Source of the DNA: the human T2T-CHM13v2.0 reference genome, Homo sapiens
Assembly (NCBI RefSeq): GCF_009914755.1
Contig: NC_060940.1
Length of the DNA stretch: 64,000 nt
Reading direction: 5' to 3' (one strand)
Shown in pieces: positions 37,851-54,704 of this stretch (positions are counted from its first letter, which is position 1; the number at the start of each line of letters is the position of its first letter). The position numbers were made by a program, and so were the translations under genes. A model generated the notes under the pieces. That model saw only the letters and a list, made by a program, of their open reading frames with translations. It did not search any database and was not told the DNA's origin.

Positions 37851-38189
37851 TACCTCTGTTCCCTAACGCACAGAACGGGAACAGTCATGGTGCCTCCTCA
37901 GCAGTCTGCTCGGAGGACTGTGGAGCAGCACTGGCCACGCCTCTCTCCCACCTGCCCTCATCCTAGTGCCGCCATCTTGGTCACATACTTTCTCAGATCC
38001 AGGCTTTTCATCTCATGGGAGAAGACGCCAAAGCTGAGGGAGTTGACATCCACAGTTCCTTCAGCATGAGAACTACAAGGCCTTTTGGTAATTCCAAAAA
38101 TGATGTCTTCTTGCCAACAATGTTGGGCTCTGGGAGCCCTAATCCTGGGCCCTGCAGGCATTTTTTCTCTTCAGCAGCAGCAATGTCTT

Positions 38190-38410
38190 AACAGGTGGAC
38201 TGGACTTCTGATTCAAATCCCAGATCTTCGAGGGACTCTCTCTGTGCCCCAAGGTGAATTATTTTACCTCTCTGTGCCTACGATGTAAAATGGAGACAAA
38301 ATAAAACCTACCTTCTGGGGTAGTTGTGTGGATTTAAAGACTTAACATAACACAAAAACACTAAGAAGCACACCTGGCGTCTAGTAAGTGTTCAGTCAAT
38401 ATTTGCTGTC
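38190..38410 (+). mobile_element. MIR SINE
   Basis: TTCAAATCCCAG, CTCTCTGTGCCT...TGTAAAATGG, CCTGGCGTCTAGTAAGTGTTCAG. Confidence 0.7.
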
Positions 38411-38547
38411 TGTGATCAGTGCTTCCTCTGTTCATCTTGGGTGTCTCCAGCAACCTCTTCTGAAAACTAAACAACCCAGCTGTCCACAGGATGCCTGCAG
38501 CAAGCAGATCTACACCATGCTTTTGTGAATCAAAAATGCCCCTTTGC

Positions 38548-39485
<938 letters not shown>

Positions 39486-41239
39486 CAACTTCAAGTGGGC
39501 CTTTGTCAACAGCAGAGCCCTGTCAGCCTCCTGTCCACCCCCAGCCCCTGCAGGTCTCCCACACTCATGGCAAATGGCAGGGCATTGCCTGAAAGAGCCA
39601 CAGGAAGGTGAGCGCCGTCTTGGGGTGGTGCTCTCTTCTGGCCTGAAGGGCGCTGTCAGTGTGGAATAAAATGGCAAATCCCATAGCCCAAGGGAGCAGC
39701 CAACACAGAAGGGACATGGACATATTGACAAGCATCCCTGGGAACACATTTGCTTCTGATCGGGGTGCTCTGGGCAGTGCCCTGTTTGTCTGCACTTGTG
39801 ATTACTGGCACATTCTTCTCCTCTCTGATGTCCAAGCACGCACTCTGCCTGCATACCAACCCTGCTTGGAAATGGTGGGTTTGATTGACCTCAGCACGGG
39901 GCTGTCCTAAACTGCAGCAGCTCGGTTTTACAGTAAAATGCATGAGATGTAACAGTGTCTTCCTCAGAGGCCCCCATGTCAGAAGTGAGTTCTGCAACTC
40001 AGGTTTGTGCTGGGGACAGACTGTTCCATGGGATGAAGACCTTGGAGCAGCCGCAGCAGCCGCAGGGAGGTTGTTAGCCATGCAGCCCCCCAGGTCCCAC
40101 CCAGACCCCGGATGCAGCAGCAGGGCACACCCTTTCCCCAAATACCCTGGGAGCTGGCTTCCCACGGCGTCCCGCAGTGCCGGCCCATGCAGCAGGCCTC
40201 TCAGCTGAAGAGGGTCTGGCAGGGAGACCCGGGATGGTTGGTGTCGCTGAGCAGAAGGCTTTTGAGGCTGATCCCACCCTCCAGGTCTATCTCACTGGAA
40301 GCCTGCTTCTTCCTACGGCATCTCCAAGTGAGTAGCGAGCCCTGGAAGCCAGCGTACCACAACGTGTCTTGTCCTGGGATTACAACTCCTGGCTGGCTTG
40401 GTTGGTCTCAGGGCCAGACGTTGTTGCAGGCAGGGCCATTATTCATGGGTGTTTGTGGCAGAGGATATCGTGTTCAGGCTTCATTTCAAGGCCCAGGGCG
40501 CAGGTTTTATTTTTCCCTGGGGCTGCCTGGCTGTCTAAGGTTGCTGGTGGTGGCCGGTATTCTCCACCTCTCACCAGGACCCTCTTGGAAACTAACCAGA
40601 CGTCTCAGGGGGCTGCTCATTCTGCCTAAGAAATAACAATTAGGCACTCAGCAGGAACAATGGGCGCTTGGAAAAACTCTTAACTGCAAGGTGGCAAGGA
40701 GCAAACAGAACTCACCAGTAAACCTCACCAGAAGCATGGAAGAAACGAAAGAAAAGAATGCACTGCAGAGTGGTTGTGAAGCTGCAGGAGCTCTTGGTGA
40801 AGGAGGAAGTCAGCCTGTGTTTTTGTGCACCCTGTTTATGAGAGGAACCTGCACAAGAGCTTGTTTGTAGGCCCCTGGAGGAAACTTGCCGAAACTCACG
40901 GGTTTTTTGTTTGTTTGTTTCCCCCAGCTAATTTTCATATGTGCTTTATGAGTGGAAAATATGAAAATGGTTCATTTGCTGGTGGGGATAGTACCCTTGA
41001 ACGTGAAAGCCGGGAGACTCCCAAGAGATTTGCTCATCCCATTTTCCCCAACCAGAGACTGAGTAGGGCTGTGCCCACTCCACACGTGCAAATCACATCT
41101 TTGCTTATTTACCGGGTATTTCATTTATCTTTTTAAAAGATTTTATTTTGGAAAATGTCAAACCTACAGGAAAGCTGTAAGTGAACAAACGTATGCCTTT
41201 CCCATAGAGCCACCCAGTAACAGTTTGCTGGAATAGTGC

Positions 41240-41765
41240 TGTTACCAGAAAGGGGTCCCGATCCAGACCCCAAGAGAGGGTTCTTGGATCTCACACAAGA
41301 AAGAACTCGAAGTGAATCCATACAGTAAAGTGAAAGCAAGTTTATTAAGAAAGTAAAGGAATGAAGAATGGCCACTCCATAGGCAAAGCACCCCGAGGGC
41401 TGCTGGTTGCCCATTTTTATAGTTATTTCTTGATGATATATTAAACAAGGGGTGGATTATTCAGGCCTCCCCTTTTTAGACCATACAGGGTAACTTCCTG
41501 ACATTGCCAGGACATTTGTAAACTGTCATGGAGCTGGTGGGAGTGTAGCAGTGAGGACGACCAGAGGTCACTCTCATCACCATCTTGGTGGGTTTCGGCT
41601 GGCTTCTTTATTGCCGCCTGTTTTATCAGCAAGGTCTTTATGACCTGTAACTTTATCCTGTGTCTAAGAATGCCTTAACCTCCTGGGAATGCAGCCCAGT
41701 GGTCTCAGCCTTATTTTACCCAGCTCCTACTCAAGACGGAGTTGCTTTGGTTCCAACACCCGACA
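41240..41765 (-). mobile_element. MER41A solo LTR #2
   Basis: TGTTACCAGAAAGGGGTCCCGATCCAGACCCCAAGAGAGGG...CCGACA; perfect TSD GTGC 41236-39 / 41766-69. Confidence 0.9.
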
Positions 41766-41769
41766 GTGC

Positions 41770-41798
41770 TCTCTTCTCTCTCTCTCTCTCTCCTCTCT

Positions 41799-41849
<51 letters not shown>
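41770..41849. repeat. (TC)n(CA)n compound microsatellite
   Basis: Read directly. Confidence 0.95.
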
Positions 41850-41851
<2 letters not shown>

Positions 41852-42539
41852 TATATTATTGCTGGACAATTTTTGAGTAATTTTAGACACAAGTACCCCT
41901 ATCAAATGTGTACTTCAATATATATCTCCTAAAAACAGGGGCATTCTCTGAAAGAACTACAACTGTGAAATTTAGGAACATTATCACTAATAATCTGCTA
42001 TGCTTTCATACACAGCTCATATTCAGTTTTCCCCAGTCGTCTCAACTGTCCTTCACAGCAACATTTTCCAGTGGGGGAGAATGTGCTGCCTTTAATCGTC
42101 TCATCGCTTTAATCTCCTTTAATCTGAGACATTCCTCAGTCCTTTGCTGTTCCTCACATCACTGGCATTTTTGGAGTCACTTACTTTATAAAGTTTCCCT
42201 AATTTGGGTTATTCTGCTGTGTCCTTGTGATGAGACTCTGGCTATGATTTGCAGCAGGAACACCCCAGAAGTGGAGGCATTCCCTTCTCAGTGCCCCATA
42301 TCAGAGGCACACGATGCCATTTGTTCCATTAACAGTGACGTGGATTTTGATCACTTAGCTATGGTGTGGGGTCCCCCACGGTTCTTATCTTTCCTTAGTA
42401 ATTCATCATTAATCTGCAGGGACATACACAGAGAGGTGTAACTGCCCGGTTCCCAATACATTTTCACCCATGGTTTTAGCATCCATCTACAATTTCTATC
42501 TGCATCAACTTAGTGTTTTCTCCAAATACACTCATTTTT

Positions 42540-42775
42540 TGCTTAATTATCTTAAATGGTAATGACATACCCCACTATAAATGAATCGCTAGTATCATTT
42601 TTTCCTAAAAAGAAGATAAGCATACAAATAAATATAATGAAAAATGTTAGCTATAATTGCCTTCTCATGACTCTGAGCTGAGGCTTGCTTGCTCTCTATT
42701 AAACATGAGAAATTTTCATGCCTTTGAGAGTGGTTATGGCTTCACCAGCACCTTGCAGGGACCTTCTCCATGTTA
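42540..42775. mobile_element. Possible hAT-Charlie fragment
   Basis: CTCTGAGCTGAGGCTTGCTTGCTCTCT and AAATAAATATAATGAAAA resemble a recalled Charlie consensus; weak. Confidence 0.35.
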
Positions 42776-43379
42776 CCTTTGTAACTAACCCCTGAAAATG
42801 GGCGCTTCGGAGCCCCAGTGGGTAAATGTGAGGACTGAGAACTCTGCCCTCCAATCCCAAAGACACCGCTGAGGGGCATTTCCCTCAGTGAATAGCGATG
42901 CCCAATCGTGCAGCGGCAAGAGGGGGTTATTCAGCAGGAACACCCAGGAGGGAGTTTGTGAGAATGGGTTTGTGCCAAACTCCCTGCTTAAGTTCCATCA
43001 ACTTCAAAATCCCTTTTTCTTCCAAATTGGGCAACCCTGAGACACAGCTTCATAATCCAATCCGTTCTTGCTGCATAACATATGTTAGGAGGCCTTGATT
43101 CCAGCTGATGCCAGCTACAGGGCAAACACACCGAACTTCTGTAGCCCGTGCCAGCTTCAGTTTGGATGAAAGCTGGGCTTGATTTTCATTTTTATCAACT
43201 ATTTTACTCCTCAGCATAACCTAGACCCTGTAACTTGTCTATTTTCCATCTTCAGTGGCTTCATGCGCATAAACATGATAACCCCGGCGTCTGGGGCGTG
43301 AGACAGCTGTTGTGTTTTGCTCCCAAGACAGTCTGAGGGGAAGACCTGGAAACTCCCAGACACTCCAGGGCAGGGCCAG

Positions 43380-43471
43380 GGCATAGGCAGGCAGTGGGTA
43401 CCAGCCCCACGGCATAGGCAGGCGGTGGGTACCAGCCCACGGCATAGGCAGGCAGGAGGTACCAGCCCCAC
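43380..43471. repeat. 30/31-bp minisatellite, 3 copies
   Basis: GGCATAGGCAGGCRGKRGGTACCAGCCC(C)AC at 43380, 43411, 43441. Confidence 0.93.
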
Positions 43472-43509
43472 TCTGCCTTTTGCTCACCGTGTGTGCTTGG
43501 TAGACATTT

Positions 43510-44480
<971 letters not shown>

Positions 44481-44604
44481 CACAGATGCAATGACACTCT
44501 GACTTTTGTTACATACTTTTCTCTCAGTCGGGTTAGTACTGGGATCTACACCAGCAACAGCTGCATGACCTTGGGCCAATAACTTCCCTGGAGAGAGTCC
44601 AGCA

Positions 44605-45090
44605 TTATTTCACCCAACAGATGCTTATTCAGCACCTGCCATGTGTCAGGTGCTAATCTTGGGGCTGAGAATACAGCAGGTGCACCCGATAAAGTCCTGG
44701 ACCTGTAGGGCTTGCCAACTAGTGGGGGCAGGGGAGATCAGGAAAAACAAACAATATTGGTGATGTCACCTCATGGTGTGGTTTTTAAAATCAGAGGAGG
44801 GCTGGAGACTGCAGAGCACTGGGGGTGCCGCTTTGCATGGGCAGGGAGGGCCACGGTCCTAAAGCGCCCAGAGCAAATATCCCGAGGAAGGGAGAAAGTT
44901 CCAAGACACCTGGGAGAAAGGCATCCAGGCAGAGGGAATGGCACGTGCAAAAGGCCAGGGAGGGGACTCGCACGTTGGGTGTGAGGAAGGAGCCCAGAGT
45001 GGCTGGAGTTGGGCCGGGGGCTCTAGACGGGAAGTCCTAGGAGGTAAAAGTAGGATAGGGGAGCCCAGATCATGGCCAGGGTCTGTGTGT
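44605..45090 (-). mobile_element. L2 fragment
   Basis: TTATTCAGCACCTGCCATGTGTCAGGTGCT; CCAGGCAGAGGGAATGGCACGTGCAAAAGGCC. Confidence 0.7.
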
Positions 45091-47299
45091 CCCACTGTGT
45101 AGTAAAGACCAAGCCATTCGGAGGGAGAGAGACCTGGATTCCAGAAGAAGACAGACCTGGGTTCTAGGTGGAGACAGGTCTAGATTCCAACCCCAGCTCC
45201 ATATTTGAGCTGGGTTCTGAAGCATGAGTAGGAACCAGTCAGGTGCGTGCTCCGGGCAGAAGGAACCGCCTGTGCAAAGGCCTGGGTGTGGATTGCTCAG
45301 GAAAATTGCAAATGATTCCATGTGGCCGGTATTCAGAGTTACATGCTGAGGGCATTCATAAATTAAGCAGGACCCAGATTAGAAAGGGCCTTGGTTAGGC
45401 TGTGTCCCCATCCCACATGGTAACAAGCATTTCAAGTATGTTATTAACTGGTAAGAAGGGACAAACTCAAGAAATCCTCAAAGCATTACCTCCCTGTAGT
45501 GTCTGGAGGAAAAACTGCCATCATAAAGCTAATGGGGGAGTTCAACCCCTCCCTCAGACCCAAAGGAGGAGGGCTGACAGCTTGTAAAATCCCCAGCACA
45601 AAGGATTAATGGGCCAAGGAGTGACCTCTGCTACTGAAGCCTTTTGTTTTCCTGATGGTCACTGCCCCCTCCCTCCAGGGCTACAAACAGCATTTGCTGG
45701 GAGCTTTTCATGTCCTCACACCTGTTTTTTGCATTTGCTCTTCCAGCGCTGCTCCCCAACCTTCTCTCCAGCACAGCGCAGTGATAGCGGGTCCCCTTCC
45801 CTTCAGCTGCCAGTCATGGATCCGTGCCATGGGAAGCACAGCAGGAGAAGGAGGTAGCTTGGGTAGTAAAGCTCTCACCTTTTCCTAGCGCTGTGTTCTT
45901 TACCATTTGCGGGCACCTGAATAATGGCCCCTAAGATGTCTAGGTCCTAAGCACTGGCCCCAGGCAAGAAAGCACACTGGGAGGTGGGTAGGAAAGACAA
46001 CTGGAGAAGCCTGAACCTACTCTTAGATTTTTAAGAGCAAAACATGTGCAGCTGTGGGTGCTTGAACAATTAGTAGAAATCCATTCCTTGCAACATGGCT
46101 CATGTTGAATAAACACAATGCCAGGAAAGGAATCCACCACACACAGGCTCCAGAGCATGTCTGCAGCCCACCTCCCCAACCCCCATTCTCTCTGAGATGA
46201 CCCCTGGCTGCCACCGAATGCTGCACACTGCAAAGGAAGAAGCCAGTTTGAGAACCACCGTTCTAGAACACAGCAATGATTGCATTTGAGAGCCTAAAGG
46301 GGTGCATTGTGGAGGACAAGCAGGACGGCAAGAAGGGTGAATTCCAATTCCAGCATGCAGAGAGCGCTCACGCTAGAGCACAGTGAAGGGAGCCCAGAGA
46401 CATGGTGTGTTCCAATCACAGAGAGACTAGAGAACTTTCCTTTCCGAGTTCACGTGTATTTATTCTTTCAGATTTATTTAGCACTTAGAAGGAAAAGCAT
46501 TTATTAAGGAGATACTCATCATGTGGCAACCTCTTACAATGTCCTCGATTTCACTGCATGGTCACAGCAGTGTGCTAAATGGGTGTTGTTAAGGGAAGGA
46601 TTAGCCCCATGTCACACTTAGGTGAGGACTCTCAGGCTTGCAGAGCTAAAAGCCAAGTTACTCAACCATTAGGTGGTGGAGTAGGTGGTGGAGACTCAGC
46701 CTAGCGTTTCTGACCCTGCAGGGCTCACACACCACGACGGCGGGCAGGCGGGGCTGCAAGACCCATTGACGGGCAGAGGTGGCCCAGCAGGAAGAGGGGA
46801 ACCCTGCAGTGCAGCGGTCCATGTTTATTAGTGACTGGGGTCTTGTTTTTGTTTATTCATTTGTGAATGCGCCTCCCCTCCTAGTAAACAAGCCTCTGCA
46901 GAGGTGGTGATTTTTCCTACACAAGTGTACACAGAGCATTTTGTATGCATCATATGCCTCAGCAAAACTCTGCCAGGGAGAGCCACAGGCCTTGGGGGTG
47001 GCTCCAGACATCCCCCTTCCTCACCTGCTCCAGAGCCTCGGGAGTCCTCTGGGGTTCAGCCTAGCGTTACCTCCACCTTAACAGTCAGAACAGATTGCAC
47101 AGTCTCTGCTGACCTGGCCCACATCCACCAAAATGGCTGGGCTCTCAGGCACTTTGCACATGCCTGTACTTGGGGCAGGGGGTGTTTAAGGTAGATCTGG
47201 CAGATGCGCCAACACTTGCCCTCACCACTTCCCTTGGGGCTCAAGCAGGGAGCATGGCATACAGTGAATGCAACTCCACCCTGGTAGCTGGTGCCACAA

Positions 47300-47515
47300 A
47301 CTTTCAAGTCAGATAGACTTGAATTCAAGTCTCAGCTCTGCCACTCACTAGCTGTGTGACCTTAGACAAGTTATCTATCCTCTCGGAGCCTTTCAGTGTT
47401 ACAGGAGCAACCACAAAGGTTTCCTAGACAGATTAAGTGGAATAAGACATGGAAAAAGGTTTGGGAGAGTAACTAAGACATAGTAAGTCCTCAATCAATG
47501 GCAACTACTATGACA
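47300..47515 (+). mobile_element. MIR SINE
   Basis: CAGCTCTGCCACTCACTAGCTGTGTGACCTTAGACAAGTTA; ACATAGTAAGTCCTCAAT. Confidence 0.8.
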
Positions 47516-47579
47516 GCTGTCATAACCATAGCGAGAGAAAGTTGCACTGAAAAGGAACTGTTATGCTTCAGTCATAATT

Positions 47580-47890
47580 GTATATACATACACATTGTAC
47601 CTATGTATTCATACGTACATTGTATCATTAAATCCAAGCTATACATTGTATATATGTTCAGATATACATTGTATCACTGAAACCCCCAGCTACCTAGGAC
47701 CTAGGAAGTAGTTTTCACATATATATACATTGTATACCTATTTCATATGTACATTGTATCACTGAACCCCCCAGCTACCCTACGATCTAGGAAGTAGTTT
47801 TCATATATATACATTGTATAGCTATCTCATTTGTACATTGTATTACTGAACACCCTCCCTTCCCCCCAGCTATTGTATGAGCTAGGAAGT
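47580..47890. repeat. Degenerate ~85-bp tandem repeat (~3.5 copies) containing TACATTGTA subunits
   Basis: ACATTGTATYACTGAA at 47666, 47751, 47835, each followed by CCCCCAGCTA...CTAGGAAGT. Confidence 0.88.
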
Positions 47891-49115
47891 GCATTTTCCT
47901 AGATCCCATCTTATAGATAAGGAAATGGAGGCTCAGAGAGATTAAGCAATTTCCACAAAGTGAAATACTAGGACTCAAATACAGAAGCATCTTCAAAAGC
48001 CCTGCTCTCTCCCACCCCCCACCCCCACTCCCATAGCTGACCACCTTCACTCCATCCTCCAGATACCCCCACGCCACCTCTAGAAGAGGCAGTCAGGGCA
48101 CCTAAAATATGGCCCCCATCCAATCAGCCATCAGCAAAAGGCACTGGGAAACTGTCAGCTGTTATTAACTTTTGAAGGGATCCTGGGGCCTTTTCAAATT
48201 CTTCTGAAAGATATGGACTCTCAGCCCAGAAACGCTCACTCAAAGTTGCATTACATTCTGTAGAAACCCATCCACATGTCCCTGGGGCCCTTGAAGTCAT
48301 GACGTTCCATTTCATTCCTCATAAAGCAAACACACAAAAATCTATTGGATTGAAATCTCATGGTGACTCATTCATTCATTCAACAAATCCGAAGGAGAAA
48401 AAACTGTATTTGAAAGAAACTTTGTGAACTCTGCAGAATTAGCAGCACCACTAGTCTCCTAGGCCAGTGAGTTAGAAAACAAAGAAGAAAGGAAAGTGGA
48501 TTGAGAAGGCGGCATTGATAGCTGGAGTGGTTATAATCAATGTCAGTTCCTCCAACTGGAGTACTGACTAATTGGAAAAGGAATTAAAATTTAGGTACAA
48601 TTCCTGGAAACCCTTAAAAACAAGATATTTGCTGATAAAGTAGAATGAACAGGCCAACTTTTGATTATTTGCACTCATGGAAAGGGACGGGTGTGACCCC
48701 CAGATCACTGAAGGACCATATTTGGCCTTGAGATCCTACTCAAATGAAAGTAATATAGCCAGTATACTGGCAAATGGTTTTTTCCTTCTGTTTTCCTTTT
48801 GTTTTTGAGCGTAACAAAAGTTAACAAATCCACAAGGCATTGGAAGCTTCTTCCTGTTTCCTTAGGCGAAATCCCAAGCAGGGAGTGGGTGCCTGTCACA
48901 AGTGGTCCTTAGAAGTCATTGTCTATTAATGAGTTTTTGTTTCTCCTGTTAAACAAAGAATCCCTTCCCTCCATGGCATTCTGAGAATGTTTACAATCAT
49001 TGTGATGATGGCGTCCCATGGCATTTAGGACAAAACTCAAAGTCCTTCTCCTGGGCTGCCAGGCGTTCCAATAGTTCTCTTAGTGAGGGCCAATTGAACT
49101 ATCAACCAAGACTCA

Positions 49116-49490
<375 letters not shown>

Positions 49491-50003
49491 AAAAAAATTG
49501 GCAATGTAGTTTACGCTTTATGTTTTGTCTTCCTTCATTTTTAAAATTTATTTTAAAAAATAACACACAATACAATTGTATGCCCTTTTCTGTTTGTTTG
49601 TTTGTTTGTTTGTTTGTTTTGGTGTCCAGTTTTCACTCATACACAAATTTGTGTGAGCAGCCTCATAGTCAGAATACAGAATAGTTTCATCACCAAAAAA
49701 CCTTTCCCATCCTGAAGCTGTGTAGTCACGCCCCACCCCTGACCACCACTAACATTTCCTCCATCCCAGTACTGTTGCCTTTTTCAGAATCTCATGTAAA
49801 TGGAATAATGGAGGACGTAGTCTTTTGAGATAGCTTTCTTTCAAGCAATCTAGCGTATCTGAAATTCAGCCATGTTGTGTGTATCAATAGTTCATCCCTT
49901 TTCATTGGCAAGTGGTCCCCCACTAGACGGATGTGCCTACCCATATCTTCATCCATTTACCCCTGAAGAACTTGCAGCTGATTCCACCTTCTGGTACTTA
50001 TGA

Positions 50004-50551
<548 letters not shown>

Positions 50552-51417
50552 TTGAAGAATGGCCTAACCATTTGCCAAAGCAGCTACAGCATTTTATATT
50601 CCCACCACCAATATGTGAGGATTTCGATTTTTCTGTAACTTCACCAACACCTGTTTTTGTTTGACTTTTTTCTTACAGCCATCTTAGTGGATATAAAATG
50701 CTATCTTATTGTTTTGAGTTGCATTTTCCTAATATTTAATGCTGTAGAGCATCTTTTCATGTGCTTATTGGCCCCCTCTATATCTGCTTTGAAAAAATGT
50801 CTATTTGGGCCCTTTGTCCACATTTTAATTAGGTTATTTGTCTGTATATTATCTTTGTATTTGTCTTTATATATTTGCCAAATATATCTTTATATATTCT
50901 GTATACTAGGCTCTTATCAGACATATACACCAAAAATATTTTCTCCCATTCTATGGATTCTCTTCTAACTTTCTTGATTATGTTCTTTGAAGCATATTTT
51001 TTAAAATTTTTGATTAAGAATAATTTATCAGTTGGGGATGGTGTGCTTATTTTTATGTCTTTTTTTTTAAACATGACTTAATTCAAGGTTGTAAAGATTT
51101 TCACCGATGTTTTTTCTAGAATTTTTATAGTTTCAGCTCTTGTATTTCAGTCTTTTATCCATTTGAGTTTATTTTTTATGTGGTGTAGGGTAGCAGTCCA
51201 ACTTTGTTCTTTTGCATGTGGGTATGCAGTTGTCCCAGCACCATTTGTTGAAAAGACTATTCTTTCCCCATTGTTAAAAAGCAATTGCCCATAAATGTAT
51301 TTCATTCCATGGAGTTCATTAAATGCATTCTATGTGTTCTATTGACCCATATGCCTCCCCTCACGCCAGTGCCACAGAGTCTTGATTCCTGTAGCTTTGT
51401 AGCAGGGTTTGAATTAG

Positions 51418-51765
<348 letters not shown>

Positions 51766-52164
51766 ACAAGACTTTTTTGACTATTCTGGGTGACTTGCAT
51801 TTCTATATGATTTTAGAATCCCCATATCAATTTCTACAGAACACCCAGCTGGGATTTTGACAGTAATTACATTTAATCTGCACCAATTTGAGGGTACTGC
51901 AGTCATAACAATATTAAGTCTTTCAACCCATGAACACAGGACGTGTTTCCATTTCTTTAGATATTTTTTAATACCTTTCAACAATGTTTTGTAGTTTTCA
52001 GAGTAGACATTTTACATTTCTTTAGCTAACTTTATTCTTAAGTATTGTATTATTTTTGATGCGATTGTCAGTGGAATAATTTTCTTAGTTTCATTTTCAG
52101 ATTGCTCATAGCTAGTGTATAAAAGTATAATTGATTTCTATATGTTGATATCATCTTATTACGG

Positions 52165-52331
52165 CTGAGCTCAAGATCAAGGGAAGTTGGGTTCCTGAAT
52201 CACCATCTGGAAAAATGCCTGCCAAACAAATACAGTCAAGCATCACAAGAGCAAGAAATAAACTCATCTTGTGTTAGGCATTGTGATTCGGGTTTACCTG
52301 CATAGCAGCTGCCATCCCCTTAACTAATACA
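52165..52331 (+). mobile_element. MLT1 LTR 3' fragment
   Basis: GAGCAAGAAATAAAC...CTAATACA end. Confidence 0.65.
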
Positions 52332-53792
52332 ATGTCCAATATAAATGCCACTTCCTTTCTTGATCACTCTCTCCCTAAATTAGGAGCCCTCCCTTGATTC
52401 TCTTTCTTCTTATTTGTTTTCTCCTTAGGCTTATTAAAACTTGTAATTCTTTAGCTACTGTGTCATTCCTATAATGTCTTCCCATAAAGGCAGAGACGAT
52501 GTCAACCTCCTTCATCACCCTATCGCCTTCTTTATACAGCATCTAAACATTAGGCAGGTGTGCGGTAAATGCTTATTGAGTACATGAACACATATTTTTC
52601 TCTTGTGGCTTGGCTTCTGCTGCCACACTTTGAGCTCTTCCTTAGTGCTACGCAATGGCTCAGGGCTTCATGTGCATCGCATCTTACTGAACCCTCTTGG
52701 CAGCCTTCTGAGAGAGCTATTAGTGTTCCCATCCCACAGTCCGGGAATGGGGGCACCAGAGAAGTGAGATCGCCTCCCTGCTGGTACTTAGCTATTATAA
52801 TAAGCAATAGAGTCAGAATTTAAACAAAAAAGTGAATGCATTCTTCCACAAGACATCCTCTCAATCACTCTGCAATTAAATTTCTTGGCCATTTCCATAA
52901 GAAGATCCACTTCTGTGGACAGCCCTTTAGCTACTCCAAGTCTATCCAGGCAATGAGTGCAGATCTGAGAGTCTGGGGTCCTCATAGGTGCTGAGGTCCC
53001 AGCTAGAGACCATCCAGTGGAAAATATGGTGGCTGGAGAGTAGAGGGGTTGCCTGAGCACAATGGGGAACTTTTCTCTCTTTGCTTCCCCTTTGAATCTC
53101 TTGGTTTAGCTTACATATGAGGAAACTGAGGCTCAAAGAGGCTAAATAACATACCATAGGTCACACAGCTAGTGCATGGCACAGCTTGGGCTAGAACCCA
53201 GGTCTAATTTAACTTCCCTCTCCTGTCCCCACGATCCTGCATAAACAGGTGTGTCCGGATCGGATGTGTCACTTAGAGGTAGAGGAACAGCCACACTCAG
53301 AACGTCCTCAGAGGATTTGCTGGCTGCCAGTCTGGAATATGCCTTTTGCAAATATATTTTTAAAGTTTTGCACAAGAGCAGAATATGAAATACTCATATA
53401 TAAATATCTCCCTCTCTGCTCTGTTTCCAATGCCACATTCACCCTGATTTATGGAAGCATTTCCTTGCAATAAGATATGCTGGAAAGTTTGAGTTTGGCT
53501 CAAGAAGAAGTGGAGTATGTTAATTTCAAGGCAAATTAATTAAAATGCAATTCAAGCTCTTTGGAAATAACACAGAAACAGTCTTCAATGCTTGGTGTTC
53601 ATCCAGACAGAAACAGGCCCTTGTGCCTTTGGCCGGCATGGAGACAACCTCACTTTGTCTCATTTTCATCTTAGACTTTTGATTTCATCCTTCAAGGAGC
53701 TCAGCTCTGAGTATCATCTAGCAATTTTGTCATTAGTATTCCGGTCTTTTCACCTTTTCAATATTAAACACAGAGACTACTGAGTCAGGTGG

Positions 53793-54272
53793 CACTTTAA
53801 TCAGGGTCCCAGCAAGAATCAGATGGTATATATTAAAAGAAGGTAATTTGAGGAAAGTTTAACACAGGGAATTCCAAAGGTGTAGGCAGAATTTAAGGAA
53901 GCCAACAAGGGATAGTGCAGAACCCCCAGGTAGTATCACAGTGGCTGTTACCACCTGCAGATCTACAGGAGGATGGCCAGGGTGACAGGTGCTAGAACCC
54001 AGAGAAGGAAGCTACAGAACGAGGGTCATGTGACAAGAGCTATGGCCTTTGGCAGAGGTGCTAGGCAGAAATAAGGCTGAGGGAACAATGCCCCGATCTC
54101 ATTTCTGCCACCCTCTGATCCTCTGCCATGCCTCCCACTGGCCAAACCCAAGCAGAAAGTGGGAAGTTGGGAAGCCACCAATGCAGCCTGTGCAAGGCAG
54201 CCTCCTGGGGCACAGGACAGGGTGAGAAGGTGAAAACTGGATCCAAAGGGCCCACGGAGGACATCCAACACA
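53793..54272 (-). mobile_element. ERVL solo LTR (LTR41-like)
   Basis: TCAGGGTCCCAGCAAGAATCAGATGG, GGTAATTTGAGGAAAGTTTAA, CAAGGGATAGTGCAG; perfect 5-bp TSD GGTGG 53788-92 / 54273-77. Confidence 0.75.
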
Positions 54273-54704
54273 GGTGGCCTCATCTTTGTCGCTTTCTAGA
54301 TGTGTATCCTCAACACAGGACTTAACCTCTGTGACTCAGTCTTCTCTTCTGGCAAATGAAGATCACAATGGCCCCGACACTAGAAACTTTGCTGTGAGGA
54401 TGGACAGAGCAGCCCTTCAGCCATTCATGGCTGCTGTCAATATACCCCCCTGGTCATTCATAGGACTCCATGGGTTGGGAGTATCAAAGTCTTAGTTATT
54501 GAAAAAGAGCTCACGTCTTGGTCCCTTCTTCCCATGTCCACGTGAAAACACCTTGAGATCTCAAAACCACATACCCCACACACCACGGGATGATAAAAAC
54601 AACAACAATGACATAAATAATATAACTACCCACAATTATTACAGGGGTTAAATGAGCTGATGATGCATATTTAGCACTTGGAACAGCATGTGAACCAAAG
54701 TAAA

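Larger units (their letters stand above)
41130..42510 (-). mobile_element. L1MC4/5-like 3' end, interrupted by MER41A and a microsatellite
   Basis: TTTTATTTTGGAAAATGTCAAACCTACAGGAAAG, TCTCCTAAAAACAGGGGCATTCTCT, TCTCCTTTAATCTG. Confidence 0.7.
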
